Origin: Anaeromyxobacter sp. | Lineage (GTDB): Bacteria > Myxococcota > Myxococcia > Myxococcales > Anaeromyxobacteraceae | Assembly: GCA_049840735.1 (NCBI GenBank) | Contig: JASGJN010000022.1 | Span: 480,001-544,000 of the forward strand | DNA length: 64,000 bases | Direction: 5' to 3' | Shown here: in pieces, positions 1 to 13,040 of the stretch | How the letters are laid out: each line of letters opens with the position of its first letter | How positions within the stretch are numbered: the stretch's first letter is position 1 | Program-made: the position numbers and the translations under genes | Notes under the pieces: model-generated | Seen by the model: only the letters and a program-made list of their open reading frames with translations | Told to the model about the DNA's origin: nothing | Databases searched by the model: none

Positions 1-1520
1 TCATCGGCTTCTGGTTCACCGACCCGCAGAAGGCCTTCGCCGGCCGCAAGGCCTTCGTGGTCAACCGCATCGGCGACTTCGGCTTCCTGATCGGCGTCTT
101 CTCGCTCCTGGCCATCTTCGGCACCGCCGACTACGTCGCGCTGGAGCAGGGCGCGCGCGCCATCACCGCCACCGCGCAGATCAGCGGCGGCGTGTTCGAC
201 GGCTGGACCTACCAGCAGGCCATCACGCTGGCGCTGCTGGGGCTCTTCGTGGGCGCCGCCGGCAAGAGCGCCCAGCTGCCGCTCTACATCTGGCTGCCCG
301 ACGCCATGGCCGGCCCGACGCCGGTCTCGGCCCTGATCCACGCCGCCACCATGGTCACCGCCGGCGTCTACCTGGTGGCCCGCAACGCCTACCTCTTCAC
401 GCTGGCGCCGGCGGCCATGGCCACCGTCACCATCGTGGGCGCCGCCACCGCGCTCATCGCGGCGCTGATCGCCTTCGCCCAGAACGACATCAAGAAGGTG
501 CTGGCCTACTCCACCGTCAGCCAGCTGGGCTTCATGTTCATCGGCGTGGGGGCCGGCGTCTGGTGGGCCGGCGTCCTGCACCTGGTCACGCACGCCTTCT
601 TCAAGGCCTGCCTGTTCCTGGGCGCCGGCTCGGTGATGCACGGCATGGGGGACGAGACCGACATCCGCAAGATGGGCGGCCTGCTCCGGAAGATGCCGCA
701 CACCGCGGCCACCTTCGGCGTCGCCACGCTGGCCATCACCGGGTTCGTCCCGCTCTCCGGCTTCTGGTCCAAGGACGCCATCCTGGGCGGCGCGCTGTTC
801 AGCCATAACCCGGCCTGGCACCAGGTCGGGCTGGTCGCCTACGTGCTGGGCACCGTCGCCGCGCTGGGCACCGCCTTCTACATGACGCGCCTCTACGCGC
901 TCGCGTTCTTCGGCAGGCCGCGCACGCACGCCGCCGAGCACGCGCACGAGTCGTCGCCGGTCATGACCGCGCCGCTCTGGATCCTGGCCATCCTCTCGGT
1001 GGTGGCGCTGGTGCTGGCGCTGCCCGGGCACGGGCCGCTCTCCGAGCTGTTCGCGAGGTACACCGAGCCGGTCTTCGGCGTGGCCACCGGGCGGCTGCGC
1101 TCGGTCGGTCACCTGCACGCGGGCGACCACCCGGCCTGGCCCTACCTCGCCGCCTGGGCCGTGGCGGCGGTGGGCACGGTCGCCGGCTACCTGATGTACG
1201 CCGGCGCCTGGACCCGCATCCCGGCCTGGTTCACCGCCACCTTCCGGCGCACCTACCGCTTCACCGCCGACAAGTTCCGGGTGGACGAGCTCTACGCCGT
1301 CCTGGTGGTGGAGCCCTTCCGCTTCATCGCCGGCGCGCTCTGGCGGGTGGTGGACGTGATCATCATCGACGGCATCGTGAACGGGATCGGGCGCGGCGCG
1401 CGCGCCATCGGCTCGATCTTCCGGGTGGTCCAGAACGGCGACCTGCAGCGCTACGCGGCCATCATGGCGCTGGCGGCGGCGGCCATCCTCTGGGCGGTCC
1501 TGGGCGCGGGGGGGCGCTGA
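1..1520 (+). CDS. nuoL: NADH-quinone oxidoreductase subunit L (5' truncated by window edge)
   Basis: Motifs NRIGDFG, GKSAQLPLYIWLPDAMAGPTPVSALIHAATMVTAG, KKVLAYSTVSQLG, HAFFKACLFL; frame is open to the window start; followed by nuoM and nuoN. Confidence 0.97.
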   Translation, partial: IGFWFTDPQKAFAGRKAFVVNRIGDFGFLIGVFSLLAIFGTADYVALEQGARAITATAQISGGVFDGWTYQQAITLALLGLFVGAAGKSAQLPLYIWLPDAMAGPTPVSALIHAATMVTAGVYLVARNAYLFTLAPAAMATVTIVGAATALIAALIAFAQNDIKKVLAYSTVSQLGFMFIGVGAGVWWAGVLHLVTHAFFKACLFLGAGSVMHGMGDETDIRKMGGLLRKMPHTAATFGVATLAITGFVPLSGFWSKDAILGGALFSHNPAWHQVGLVAYVLGTVAALGTAFYMTRLYALAFFGRPRTHAAEHAHESSPVMTAPLWILAILSVVALVLALPGHGPLSELFARYTEPVFGVATGRLRSVGHLHAGDHPAWPYLAAWAVAAVGTVAGYLMYAGAWTRIPAWFTATFRRTYRFTADKFRVDELYAVLVVEPFRFIAGALWRVVDVIIIDGIVNGIGRGARAIGSIFRVVQNGDLQRYAAIMALAAAAILWAVLGAGGR

Positions 1521-1522
1521 AC

Positions 1523-3099
1523 GTGAACCTGCTCACCATCGTCACCTTCGTCCCCCTGGCCGGCGCCCTGGCGCTGCTGATGCTCCCCCGCGACGAGGCG
1601 GGGCAGCACCGGGCCCTGGCCTTCGCGACCACGCTGGTCACCCTGGCGCTCTCGCTCGGGCTCTGGGCGGGCTTCACGCCCTCCGGCCCCGAGTTCCAGT
1701 TCGAGCAGCAGTCCGCCTGGATCCCCTCGCTGGGCATCAGCTACCACGTGGGCATCGACGGCGTGGCGCTGCTGCTCATCATGCTCACCACCGTGCTGGG
1801 GCCGGTGGTGGTGCTCTCGGCGTGGACCGCCATCCAGGACCGCGTGAAGGAGTTCCTGATCGCGCTGCTGGTCCTCGAGACGGCGATGATCGGCACCTTC
1901 GCCGCGCTCGACCTGGTGCTCTTCTACGTGTTCTGGGAGGCCATGCTGATCCCGATGTACCTGCTGATCGGGGTCTGGGGCTCGCAGAACCGGCTCTACG
2001 CGACGGTGAAGTTCTTCATCTACACCTTCGCGGCCAGCCTGCTGATGCTGGCGGCCATCCTCTACGTCTACTTCCACTCCGGCTCGCCGCAGACCTTCGA
2101 CTACCTGGCGGTGCGCGACCACCTGGACGTCACGCCGGCCGCGGCCGGCTGGCTCTTCCTGGCCTTCGGCGTGGCCTTCGCGGTCAAGGTGCCGATGTTC
2201 CCGCTGCACACCTGGCTGCCGGACGCGCACACCGAGGCGCCCACCGCCGGCTCGGTGATCCTGGCCGGCGTGCTCCTCAAGATGGGCACGTTCGGCTTCT
2301 TCCGCTACGCGATGCCGCTCTTCCCGGGCGCCGCGCTCGAGTACCGGCACGTCATCGCGGTGCTGGCGGTGATCGGCATCCTCTACGGCGCGCTCATGTC
2401 CTTCGTGCAGACCGACATGAAGCGGCTGGTGGCCTACTCCTCGGTCTCGCACCTCGGCTTCGTCATGCTGGGGCTGGCGGCGCTCTCCAGCGAGGCGTTG
2501 ACCGGGTCGGTCTACCAGATGCTCAACCACGGCGTCTCCACCGGCGCCCTGTTCCTCATCGTGGGGCTGCTCTACGAGCGGCGGCACACCCGCGAATCGC
2601 CCAGTACGGCGGCCTGGCCAAGCGCGTGCCGCTCATCGCGGCGGCCTTCATCCTGGTCACGCTCTCCTCCATCGGCCTGCCCGGCACCAACGGCTTCATC
2701 GGCGAGTTCCTGATCCTCTCCGGCACCTTCCTCTCGCGGCTGGGCAGCCCTGCCGCGCCGGTGCTGGCCACCCTGGCCGCGGTGGGCGTGATCCTGGGCG
2801 CGGTCTACATGCTCAAGCTGGTGGAGCGGGTCTTCCTCGGCCCCCTCCGCAACCCGGAGAACGCCGGGCTGCGCAATCTCTCGGTGCGCGAGGGGTTCGT
2901 CCTGGCGCCCATGATCGCGCTCATCCTGGTGATGGGGCTGGTGCCCCAGCCGTTCCTGGAGCGGGCCCGGCCGTCTGTGGACCAGCTGATGGCCCGCTTC
3001 CAGAAGGCGGGCAGGGCGGACCAGGTCGGCACGGTGCCCACCGCGCGCCCGGCGCCCTCCGCGCCCAGCGCCGCCCTCCCGCAGGTGGAGATCCGCTGA
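1523..3099 (+). CDS. nuoM: NADH-quinone oxidoreductase subunit M (one frameshift at ~2595)
   Basis: [36 protein letters not shown] and [13 protein letters not shown]; after YERRHTR the protein continues in another frame as IAQYGGL...[17 protein letters not shown] to the stop at 3099. Confidence 0.95.
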
Positions 3100-3100
3100 C

Positions 3101-4648
3101 ATGGACAAGTTCCCCGTCACCTCGTTCCTGGCGCTGCTGCCGGTCGCCATCCTCACGGCCGGCGCCCTGGTGCTGCTCATCAGCGAGGTGTTCCTGGTCT
3201 CCGGCAAGCGCGGGTACCAGGCGGTCCTGACCGTGGCCTTCTCGGCCGCCGCCGCCGTGGCCGCCATCGTGCTCCCGGCCAGCGGCCCCATCTTCGACGG
3301 CCAGGCCCGGGCCGACGCCTTCTCCGCCTTCGTGACCGTGATCGTCTGCGCCGGGCTGGGGCTGTCGGCGCTGGTCGGCGCCGGGTGGCTGGAGGCGCGC
3401 AACGCCGAGCGCGGCGAGTTCTACGCGCTCTCCGCCTTCGGCGCCGCCGGCATGGTGCTGCTGGGCATGGCCACCGACCTGCTGGTGGCCTTCATCTCCA
3501 TCGAGGTGATGAGCCTCTCCACCTACGCGCTGGCCGCCTACCTGCGCCGCGGCCGCCGCCCGTCGGAGGCCGCCTTCAAGTACCTGGTGCTGGGCGCGCT
3601 CTCCTCGGCCCTGCTCCTCTACGGCTCGGCGCTGCTCTACGGCGCCTGCGGCTCCACCCTCTTCTCCGACCTGCCCAAGGGGCACGGCAGCTCCATCTAC
3701 CTGGCCGGCCTGGCCCTGGTGGCGGCCGGGGTGGGGTTCAAGATCGCCGCCGTCCCGTTCCACGCCTGGACGCCCGACGTGTACGAGGGCGCCCCCACGC
3801 CGGTCACCGCCTTCATGGCCGCGGGCGTGAAGACGGCCGCCTTCGCGCTGATCCTGCGGGTGTTCCTGGCGGCGGAGACCGGCCCGATGGCCAGGCTGGC
3901 CGTCTTCGGCCCCATGGTCCTCTCGCCGCTGGCCGCGCTGACCATGATCTTCGGCAACCTGCTGGCGGTCCCGCAGCGGAGCGTGAAGCGGATGCTGGCC
4001 TACTCCTCCATCGCCCACGCCGGCTACCTGCTGGTGGGGGTGGTGGCCGCCGAGCAGCCTGGCGCCCGGGACCTGGCGGTGGGCGGCATCCTCTTCTACC
4101 TGGCGGTCTACGCCGCCTCGGCCATCGGCGCGTTCGCCGTGGTGGGGGCGCTGGAGCGGCGGGCCCGGCTCGACGCCGAGCCGCCCGAGGCGTGGGACCT
4201 GTCCCGCTTCGCCGGCCTCGCCCGCCGGCGGCCGGTCCTGGCCTTCGCCATGGCGGTCTTCCTGCTCTCCCTGGCCGGCATCCCGCCCACCGCGGGCTTC
4301 TTCGCCAAGCTGTACGTGTTCAAGGCGGCCATCGGCGCCGGGATGTACCCCCTGGCCATCCTCGGCCTCCTGACCAGCGCGCTGGGCGCGTACTACTACC
4401 TGCGCGTCGTGATCTACATGTACATGTTCCAGCCCGAGGGCAGCGCGGAGGAGTCGCTCGACGCGCCCTCGCTGACGGTGGCGCTGGCGGGCGCCGTGGC
4501 CGTGGTGGTGGTGCTGGGCTTCGTCGCCGAGCCGCTGGTCACGTGGGCGCAGGCCAGCGCGGCCAGCGCCTTCAACACGCCTGGCCCGGCGCTCTCGCAG
4601 GTGCCGGCCCCGCCGCCGCTCCTGCCGTCCGCCCAGGTGGTGCGGTAG
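3101..4648 (+). CDS. nuoN: NADH-quinone oxidoreductase subunit N
   Basis: [63 protein letters not shown]. Confidence 0.97.
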   Translation: MDKFPVTSFLALLPVAILTAGALVLLISEVFLVSGKRGYQAVLTVAFSAAAAVAAIVLPASGPIFDGQARADAFSAFVTVIVCAGLGLSALVGAGWLEARNAERGEFYALSAFGAAGMVLLGMATDLLVAFISIEVMSLSTYALAAYLRRGRRPSEAAFKYLVLGALSSALLLYGSALLYGACGSTLFSDLPKGHGSSIYLAGLALVAAGVGFKIAAVPFHAWTPDVYEGAPTPVTAFMAAGVKTAAFALILRVFLAAETGPMARLAVFGPMVLSPLAALTMIFGNLLAVPQRSVKRMLAYSSIAHAGYLLVGVVAAEQPGARDLAVGGILFYLAVYAASAIGAFAVVGALERRARLDAEPPEAWDLSRFAGLARRRPVLAFAMAVFLLSLAGIPPTAGFFAKLYVFKAAIGAGMYPLAILGLLTSALGAYYYLRVVIYMYMFQPEGSAEESLDAPSLTVALAGAVAVVVVLGFVAEPLVTWAQASAASAFNTPGPALSQVPAPPPLLPSAQVVR

Positions 4649-4692
4649 CCCCCGCGGCGCCCGCGGCGTCCAGGGGCCCGCGTGAGGCCCCT

Positions 4693-4802
4693 GTCCGTCG
4701 ACTTCGCGCCCGCCGTGCGGGCGCTACGCTCAGGACGAACGGATCGACAGCCCCGTTCGCCCTGAGCCCTTCGACAGCTCAGGGCAGGCGGAGTCGAAGG
4801 GC
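4693..4802. repeat. Inverted doublet of REP-like palindromic element (TTCGAC...GCTCA family)
   Basis: 4693-4742 (+) gtccgtcgacttcg-hairpin-ctacgctcaggacgaacgg and 4753-4802 (-) copy; lies between convergent genes. Confidence 0.8.
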
Positions 4803-4819
4803 CGGCCGGCTGGGCGTCG

Positions 4820-5152
4820 TCAGTGCGTGCGCCCGGCCAGCTCGGTCGCGCCGAACGGCTTGGGCAAGAGCTCGGCCAGCGGGTGGCGCCGGCCCACGCC
4901 GGCCAGCAGCTCGGGGTACGGGCCGGTCAGGACCGTGCGCAGCCCGCTGCGCAGCGCGGCCTCCACCAGCAGCTCCGCGCCGGCCAGGTGCGCGTCGATC
5001 ACGCAGCAGCCCACGTTGCCCAGCGCCAGCTGGGCGATGGCCTCCTCCGCCGAGGAGGCGCAGGTGGTGGGGTGCCCGTCGAGGCGGAGGCCGATGGCCG
5101 TGGCCTCGCGAAAGGCCCGATCGCCATCCGCGATCAGGTAGGACGTCGGCAT
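4820..5152 (-). CDS. Stand-alone, atypical response-regulator receiver domain protein
   Basis: MPTSYLIADGDRAFREA...VIDAHL...LPKPF receiver-like pattern; ATG at 5152 chosen because the longer ORF start overlaps the upstream RNA and promoter. Confidence 0.7.
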   Translation of the reverse strand: MPTSYLIADGDRAFREATAIGLRLDGHPTTCASSAEEAIAQLALGNVGCCVIDAHLAGAELLVEAALRSGLRTVLTGPYPELLAGVGRRHPLAELLPKPFGATELAGRTH

Positions 5153-5166
5153 TGCGCCGCCCGGGC

Positions 5167-5241
5167 AAAAAAAAAGAACTGCAAAGCGCAGCTGAAGTGG
5201 CGGGGGGGGACCTACCTCAACGGGCTGCTTTGCAGTTCTGT
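5167..5241 (-). ncRNA. Candidate sigma54-dependent small RNA, single long hairpin with C8 apical loop and U9 tail (Pxr-like)
   Basis: 13-bp outer stem agaactgcaaagc/gctttgcagttct, inner stems with G-U pairs on the minus strand, 8-C loop, 9-T tail; starts about 12 nt after a sigma54 -12 element. Confidence 0.75.
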
Positions 5242-5251
5242 CCGGATACAG

Positions 5252-5267
5252 AGCAAGCAGGGTGCCA
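5252..5267 (-). promoter_or_regulatory. sigma54 (-24/-12) promoter
   Basis: Minus strand TGGCAC-CCTGC-TTGCT matches TGGCAC-N5-TTGCW with exact spacing. Confidence 0.85.
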
Positions 5268-5389
5268 GCCGGGTTCAATCGCCCTGATGCGGGCGCAGCC
5301 TCGAGTGATCACGCGGGGTTGACCGTGGGATCGGGCGGTGCCGGGCACCGCGCGGCCCGCCGCCGGGGCCGGCCCAGTTCACTCCTGCG

Positions 5390-5423
5390 TTTCAGATCTG
5401 AAAGGCGCATTTCACAACTGCAA
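5390..5423. promoter_or_regulatory. Tandem palindromic enhancer sites for a sigma54 activator
   Basis: TTTCA-gatc-TGAAA (5390-5403) and TTTCA-caac-TGCAA (5410-5423), 20 bp apart, ~150-180 bp upstream of the predicted start site. Confidence 0.65.
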
Positions 5424-5444
5424 TGCGCCGTGTGGCAGGCGCGC

Positions 5445-6905
<1,461 letters not shown>

Positions 6906-6940
6906 GGAGGGGGAATCTTGTGCCCGTTCGGGTCCGGTTT

Positions 6941-9900
6941 TCAACTGCGCTCCGCGTCCTCGGTCGGCTCCAGCGGGAAGCGCAGGGTCATGACGGTGCC
7001 CGCGCCGGGCCGGGTCCGGACCGAGATCTCGCCGCCGTGGCCCTCCATGATGCGCTTCACCACCGCCAGGCCCAGGCCGGTGCCGCTGGCCTTGGTGGTG
7101 AAGAAGGGCTCGAAGATCCTTCTCCGGACCTCCTCCGGGATGCCGGCGCCGGTGTCCTCCAGCTCCACCGCGGCCCAGGGGCCCTCGCGCCGCAGGCGCA
7201 CGGTGAGGACGCCACCGCGCGGCATGGACTGGGCGGCGTTGACCGCCACGTTGACCACCGCCTGGCGCACCAGCCGCTCGTCCAGCGGCACCGGCGGCAG
7301 CTCCTCCTCCACCTCGCGCCGCACCTCCACGCCGCCGGCGTGCTGGACCAGCGCCGCCGCCACGGCGTCGTCCACCACCCGCTCCAGCTTCTCCGGGTGG
7401 AGGACCGGGGTGGACGGCCGGGCGAAGTCGAGCAGGTCGCCCACGATCCGGTTGAGCCGGTCGGCCTCCTCGCCCACGATGTCGAGCAGGAGCCGGGCGT
7501 CGCCCTCCGGCCGGAGCAGGCGGCGCAGCGAGCCGAGCGAGTTGAAGATCACGCCCAGCGGGTTGCGCACCTCGTGGGCCACCACCGCCGAGAGCTCGCC
7601 CAGGGCCGCCAGCCGCTCCTGCTGGATGAGCTGGCGCTGCGCCTGGGCCAGCTCGGCGTAGCTCTGGCGCAGGTCGTCGTAGAGGCGGGCGTTCTCCACC
7701 GCCACCGCCAGCTGGTTGGCCACCGCGGCGGCCCGCTCCACCTCGGCGCGCTGGAAGGCGCGCGGCCCGCGGCTCTCCACGATCATGGTGGAGCCGATGA
7801 GCCGGTCGCGGACCATCAGCGGCAGCACCAGGTAGGCGCGCCCGCCCACCTTCTCGCGCTGCTCCGGGAGGATGCGCGGGTCGCTGAGCACGTCCTCCAC
7901 CAGGATGGGCTCGCGCCGCTCCATGGCCAGCGCGCCCAGCGTGCCGGGCCGGTCCACCGGCGGCCGCGTGCCGATCAGCTCGCGCGGCCCGCCCCACACC
8001 GCGCGCACTTGCAGTCCCTTCCCGCCGTCCACCGCCAGCGCCAGCAGGGCGGTGGGGGCCTCGACGATGCGGGCCAGGTTGCGCACGCCCGCCTCCAGCA
8101 CCTGCTCGATGTCGAGCGTGGCCACCAGGGCGCGCCCCACCTCGTGCAGCAGCGACAGCTCCTCGGCGCGGCGGCGCGTCTCCTGGTAGAGGCGCGCGTT
8201 GTCCACCGCCACCGCCAGCTGGCTGGCGATGGCCACCGCCCGCGAGAGCTCGCCCGGTGAGTAGCCGCGCCCCGGGGCGGCCGAGACCAGCGCCACGCCC
8301 ACCGGGTGATCGCGCACGTGGAGGGGCACCGCCAGCGCCGGGCCGCCCGAGTCCGGGACCTGGCCGGTGACCGGGGCGCGCGCGTCCAGCGCCTCGCGCA
8401 GCACCGAGCGATCCGAGAGCGGCAGCGACGGCGGGCCCAGCGGCGGGCCGCGGTGGGCGGCGCGGCGCAGCTCCTGGCGGCGCGGGTCGTCGAGCAGGAT
8501 GGTGCAGCCGCCCGCGCCCAGGGTCTGCTTGAGGTGCTCGGCGCCGGCCAGCAGCACCTCGTCGAGGTCCAGCGAGGAGGAGACCACGCGGGCCACGTCG
8601 ATGACCGTGGCCAGCTCGGCCAGGCGCCCGCGGGCCTCGCTGTAGAGCCGGGCGTTCTCGATGCCCACCGCCAGCTCGCCGGCCAGCGCCGTGGCCAGGG
8701 CCCGCTCCTCCGGGGCGAAGGCGCGCCCGGGGGCGCCGGCCACCAGCAGCACGCCCACGGTGGCGGCGCGGGCCACCAGCGGCACGGCCAGCGCCGACAT
8801 GGGCGGCACGCCGGAGCGGCCGTAGAGGGCGCTGCGGGGATCGCGGGTCAGGTCGTCGGAGCCCACCGGCTCGCCGGTGCGGATGGCCTCCTCCACCAGG
8901 CCGTCGCGGGCCAGCGGGCGCCGGGCGCGGTCCGGCTCGAGGCGCGCGCCCACCGCCGCGGCGGTGTGCAGGGTCTGGCCGTCCTCGTCCACCAGCAGGA
9001 GCGCCGCCGAGGCGCAGCCCAGGGCGCTGGCGGCGGCGCGGCAGCCGTCGTCGAGCAGCGCGCGCACGTCGCCCGGGGCGTTGGCGAAGATGCGCTGGGT
9101 GATGCGGTGGACCGCCTCCAGGTCGGAGAGGCGGCGGCGCACGTCGGCGAAGAGCCGCGCGTTCTCCACCGCCACGCCCAGCTGGACGCCCAGCGCGGCC
9201 AGCAGCCGGACCTCGCCCTCGCCGACGGCGCGGCGATCGCGGCGGGCCACCACCAGCGCGCCCACCGCCGCCCGGCCCTTGGCCAGCAGCGGCACCGCCA
9301 CGCTGGCGCGCAGCCCCTCGCGCGCCACCACCTCGGTGGTGGTGGCGTCCAGCGCCGGGTCCCCCTCCACGGCCAGCACCGGCGCCAGCCGCTGCACCGC
9401 CTGCCCGGCCAGCCCGTCGCCCGGGGCCACCCGCTCCAGCCGGCGCAGCGTGTTCACGTCCAGGCCGGCCGCGGCCACCAGCTTGAGCGCGTCGCCCTCG
9501 CGCACGAAGGCGGCGCCGGCCTGCGCCTCCAGCGTGGCGCAGACCCGGCGCAGCGCGCTGTCGAGCAGCAGCACCGGGTCGAGCTGCGCGCTGGCCATGG
9601 AGACGTCGTTGAGCAGCGTCAGCTCGGCCACGCGCCGGCGCAGGTCGGTCAGCAGCGTGTTGGACTCGATGGCGCTGGCGAAGTGGCCGGCCGCGGCGCC
9701 CAGCAGGTCGAGCCGGGCCCGCGCCTCCTCCGCCGGCGCGGCGAAGGCCGCCGCCATCACGCCCACGGTGCGGGAGCGGGCCACCAGCGGCACCCAGGCC
9801 GTGGCCGGCCAGTCCCCCAGCGGCGCCTCCCCGGCGGCCGGCTCCCCGGCGCTGACGACGCGCGCCAGCCGCTCCTCCGCCACCAGCGCCAGCTCCGAGC

Positions 9901-10981
9901 CGGCCGGCACCTCGGGCGGCGGGACCGCGGGGTCGGCCGGGTGCGCCGGGTGGCGCCGGAGCAGCCGGCCGCTGGCCTCGTCCAGCGCGTAGACCGCCAG
10001 CGCGGCGGCGCCGGAGGCGCGGCGCAGCTCCTCCTCGGCCCGCTGGAAGAAGGCCTCCAGGTCGCTCACCTCGCCCAGCAGCTCGGCGATGCGGTTGAGG
10101 GCGGCCAGGTCGGCGTTGTGGCGGGAGAGCTCGGCGATGGTCCGGGCCGCGTCCAGCGCCGCCGCCACCTGCGCGCCGAAGAGCCGGCCGGCCGGGACGT
10201 CCTCGGCGCGCAGCCAGTCGCCGATCAGCACCAGGTAGTGGCGCACGCCGGTCCGCTCGTCGAGCCGGATGGCCACCGCGCGGGAGAGGCCGTGCGAGGC
10301 GGCCAGCGAGCGGGTGACCTCGGCGTGGATGAGCGGCACGAAGGCGGCCGCCTCGGACGCCCAGTCGTCGGAGAAGGCCACGCCCTCGTCCCAGGCGGTG
10401 CGGGCGAAGCCGGTCCAGTGGCCGGTGAACCCCTCCACGTCCTGGCCCAGCTGGCCGCGGAAGGCCTCCTCCAGCACGGTGGGCAGGCCGGTCCAGACCA
10501 CCCGCACGCCCTCCGGCATGGCCCGCAGCAGCATGGGGGTGATGCCGAGCGGCGGCAGCGCCTCGCGCAGGTGCGCGAAGAGGTCGGCCTCGCTCCGCTC
10601 GCCCTGGATGGCCGCGCCCAGCGCCGCCAGCGCCTCCAGCCGCGGACGCCGCGCCGCCTGGGCGGTGACGTCGCGCAGCCCCACCACCACGTCGCCGCCC
10701 TCCCGCTCCACGCGGAGCTCGACGGTGACGCGGGCGCCGTCCGGCCGGAGCAGCACCGCCTCGTACTCGCTCGGCACCGGCTCGCCGCGCAGCCGCCGCT
10801 CGTGGCGCTCGGCCACGCGCCCGCGGTCCTCCGGCGCGAACAGGTCGGCGAAGGGGAGCCCCAGCAGCGCCGGCAGCGGCCGGCCGGCCAGCGCGGCCGC
10901 GCCCTCGCTGGCCATGGCGATGCGCCGCTCGCGCAGCATGACCGTGCCGGTCTGGTGGCGCTCGCGGGCCGGGGCGGTCAC
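6941..10981 (-). CDS. Cytoplasmic sensor histidine kinase with PAS and multiple GAF domains
   Basis: N-terminal PAS-like segment, repeated GAF ends ([16 protein letters not shown]), H-box [33 protein letters not shown]. Confidence 0.95.
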   Translation of the reverse strand: MTAPARERHQTGTVMLRERRIAMASEGAAALAGRPLPALLGLPFADLFAPEDRGRVAERHERRLRGEPVPSEYEAVLLRPDGARVTVELRVEREGGDVVVGLRDVTAQAARRPRLEALAALGAAIQGERSEADLFAHLREALPPLGITPMLLRAMPEGVRVVWTGLPTVLEEAFRGQLGQDVEGFTGHWTGFARTAWDEGVAFSDDWASEAAAFVPLIHAEVTRSLAASHGLSRAVAIRLDERTGVRHYLVLIGDWLRAEDVPAGRLFGAQVAAALDAARTIAELSRHNADLAALNRIAELLGEVSDLEAFFQRAEEELRRASGAAALAVYALDEASGRLLRRHPAHPADPAVPPPEVPAGSELALVAEERLARVVSAGEPAAGEAPLGDWPATAWVPLVARSRTVGVMAAAFAAPAEEARARLDLLGAAAGHFASAIESNTLLTDLRRRVAELTLLNDVSMASAQLDPVLLLDSALRRVCATLEAQAGAAFVREGDALKLVAAAGLDVNTLRRLERVAPGDGLAGQAVQRLAPVLAVEGDPALDATTTEVVAREGLRASVAVPLLAKGRAAVGALVVARRDRRAVGEGEVRLLAALGVQLGVAVENARLFADVRRRLSDLEAVHRITQRIFANAPGDVRALLDDGCRAAASALGCASAALLLVDEDGQTLHTAAAVGARLEPDRARRPLARDGLVEEAIRTGEPVGSDDLTRDPRSALYGRSGVPPMSALAVPLVARAATVGVLLVAGAPGRAFAPEERALATALAGELAVGIENARLYSEARGRLAELATVIDVARVVSSSLDLDEVLLAGAEHLKQTLGAGGCTILLDDPRRQELRRAAHRGPPLGPPSLPLSDRSVLREALDARAPVTGQVPDSGGPALAVPLHVRDHPVGVALVSAAPGRGYSPGELSRAVAIASQLAVAVDNARLYQETRRRAEELSLLHEVGRALVATLDIEQVLEAGVRNLARIVEAPTALLALAVDGGKGLQVRAVWGGPRELIGTRPPVDRPGTLGALAMERREPILVEDVLSDPRILPEQREKVGGRAYLVLPLMVRDRLIGSTMIVESRGPRAFQRAEVERAAAVANQLAVAVENARLYDDLRQSYAELAQAQRQLIQQERLAALGELSAVVAHEVRNPLGVIFNSLGSLRRLLRPEGDARLLLDIVGEEADRLNRIVGDLLDFARPSTPVLHPEKLERVVDDAVAAALVQHAGGVEVRREVEEELPPVPLDERLVRQAVVNVAVNAAQSMPRGGVLTVRLRREGPWAAVELEDTGAGIPEEVRRRIFEPFFTTKASGTGLGLAVVKRIMEGHGGEISVRTRPGAGTVMTLRFPLEPTEDAERS

Positions 10982-12912
10982 GGGCGGCCCTCCCCGCGCA
11001 GCACCCGGCGCTCGCCCACCCGCAGCGTGACCTTCTCGCGATCGAAGTACTCGGCCAGCGGGATGACGTGCTTGCGGGTGGCGCCCACCAGCTCCTTGAA
11101 CTGCTGGGTGGTGATCTCGCGGTGCTCGCGCAGCCAGGCCACCAGGCGCGCCTGCAGCCCGGCCACGGCGGCGGCGTCGAACCAGAGCTCGCTCGAGGCC
11201 CGCACCACGCGCCCCTCGGCCAGCAGCAGCTTCAGCACCGCGGTCACGTCGCCGGCCGGGGCCCCGGCGGCGGCGGGCAGCTCGGCGAGCCAGGGGGGCG
11301 TGAGGCCGCCCTCCGCCAGCAGCGCCGCCACCCGCTCGCGGAGCGCGCCGCCGCTGCCGCCGGCGGCGGCCCTGTGCGCGGCGGCGCGGACCTGCTCGCC
11401 CTCCAGCACCAGCGCCCCGCGCTCCGCCGCGGCCTGCAGCAGCCGCTGGAAGAGGCGCGGCTCGACCACCGGCGGCAGCCGGCCCCGCAGCGCCTCGCGC
11501 CCGGCGCCCGCGGCCAGCGGCTGCGCCGCGTGGAAGGCGGCCACCGCCTCCTCCAGCCGCCGCGAGAGCTCGCGGGCCACCGCCCCGGCCACCCAGGCGC
11601 GCCGCTCCCGGTCGAAGAGCAGCGCCTCGCCGCGGGCGCCCAGCCGCTCCAGCGCGCCCTGCGCCGCGCGCGCGGAGAGGGCGGTCCGGCCAAGCAGCGC
11701 CGGCAGGTCCAGCCCCGCCGGCCCCGCCGCCTCCAGCACCGCCCTCACCCGCGCCTCCGGGTCACCTGCCCCCAGCGCGGAGAGCCCCGCCAGCGCCTCC
11801 GGCCGGCCGCGCCGCCGCCGCCGGGCCGCCACGCCCAGCACCCGGCCGCCGGCCAGCGTGGCGCCGCGCCCCTCCAGCGCCGCGAAGCCGCGCAGCACGA
11901 AGCGCTGCCCGGGGAGCGCCGCGGTCGGGGCGGCCAGCCGGAGCTGCGCCGGGGCGGTGGCGCCCGGCGCCAGCTCGCCGCGGTCGAGCAGCCCCACCGT
12001 GGCCTGCACCTGCGCGGTCCCCACGTGCAGCAGCAGCCGGGCGCGGTGGCGCAGCGGGCGGGGCGCGGCCGCCAGCAGCGCCAGCTCCACGTCCAGCACG
12101 CTCGAGGCGGGCACCACGCCGGCCCCGGCCAGCGCCTGCCCGCGGCGCACCTGGGCCGGCTCGACGCCGGGCAGGTTCACCGCCGTCCGCTGGCCGGCGC
12201 GGGCGCGCTCCACCGGCTGCCCGTGCACCTGGACCGAGCGCACCCGGAGCGGCTCGCGTCCGGGCGGGAGCAGGGCCAGCGCGTCCTCGGGCGCGATGGC
12301 CCCGGAGAGCAGCGTACCGGTGACCACCGTTCCGAAGCCCTTGAGCGAGAAGGCGCGGTCGATGGGGAGGAAGACCGGGCCGTCGGCCGGGCGCGGGGGG
12401 ACCGTAGCCGCCAGCGCGCCCAGGGCCTCGCGGAGCGCGTCCAGGCCGGCGCCGGTGCGGGCCGAGACCGGCACCACCGGGGCGTCCTCGAGGAAGGTGC
12501 CCGCCACCGCGGCGCGCAGCTCCTGCTCCAGCAGCGGCAGCCAGCCGGCGCCGAGGCCGGGCAGGAGGTCCGCCTTGGTCACCACCAGGAGCCCGCGCGG
12601 TACGCCCAGCAGCCGGCACACGTCGAGGTGCTCGCGGGTCTGGGGCATCACCCCCTCGTCCGCCGCCACCACCAGCATCACCAGGTCGATGCCGCCGGCG
12701 CCGGCCACCATGGCGCGCACGAAGCGCTCGTGGCCGGGGACGTCCACCACGCCCAGGGGCTCCAGCCCGGGCAGGGCCAGGTGCGCGAAGCCCAGCTCGA
12801 TGGTGATGCCGCGCCGCTTCTCCTCCTCGAGCCGGTCGGTGTCGATCCCGGTGAGCGCCCGGACGAGCGCCGTCTTGCCGTGATCGACGTGGCCGGCGGT
12901 GCCGAGGATCAT
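10978..12912 (-). CDS. selB: Selenocysteine-specific translation elongation factor
   Basis: [55 protein letters not shown]-terminal winged helix [21 protein letters not shown]. Confidence 0.97.
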   Translation of the reverse strand: MILGTAGHVDHGKTALVRALTGIDTDRLEEEKRRGITIELGFAHLALPGLEPLGVVDVPGHERFVRAMVAGAGGIDLVMLVVAADEGVMPQTREHLDVCRLLGVPRGLLVVTKADLLPGLGAGWLPLLEQELRAAVAGTFLEDAPVVPVSARTGAGLDALREALGALAATVPPRPADGPVFLPIDRAFSLKGFGTVVTGTLLSGAIAPEDALALLPPGREPLRVRSVQVHGQPVERARAGQRTAVNLPGVEPAQVRRGQALAGAGVVPASSVLDVELALLAAAPRPLRHRARLLLHVGTAQVQATVGLLDRGELAPGATAPAQLRLAAPTAALPGQRFVLRGFAALEGRGATLAGGRVLGVAARRRRRGRPEALAGLSALGAGDPEARVRAVLEAAGPAGLDLPALLGRTALSARAAQGALERLGARGEALLFDRERRAWVAGAVARELSRRLEEAVAAFHAAQPLAAGAGREALRGRLPPVVEPRLFQRLLQAAAERGALVLEGEQVRAAAHRAAAGGSGGALRERVAALLAEGGLTPPWLAELPAAAGAPAGDVTAVLKLLLAEGRVVRASSELWFDAAAVAGLQARLVAWLREHREITTQQFKELVGATRKHVIPLAEYFDREKVTLRVGERRVLRGEGRP

Positions 12913-12967
12913 GTGTGACGGGCCTCACCCCACGCCTGCTGCGGCTGCGTCCCCGGCCTGACCACGG

Positions 12968-13015
12968 CCGTTCACCCTGAGCGTAGCGGCGCGAAGCGCC
13001 GCGAAGTCGAAGGGC
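12968..13015 (-). repeat. REP-like palindromic element (TTCGAC...GCTCA family)
   Basis: Minus strand gcccttcgacttcg-cggcgc ttc gcgccg-ctacgctcagggtgaacgg. Confidence 0.85.
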
Positions 13016-13040
13016 CACCCCGCCGGCCGCGTCCGGACCA

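Noticed and set aside
4820..5278. 152-aa version of the receiver ORF
   Set aside because: The extension runs through the sigma54 promoter, hairpin and T9 tract; receiver similarity begins at ATG 5152.
8306..12883. Very long alternative-frame ORFs (e.g. 8306-12883, 17139-20831, 26632-30768, 44097-47642)
   Set aside because: Shadow ORFs caused by stop-codon scarcity at high GC; they overlap well-supported genes and have Arg/Gly/Ala-rich, motif-free sequence.
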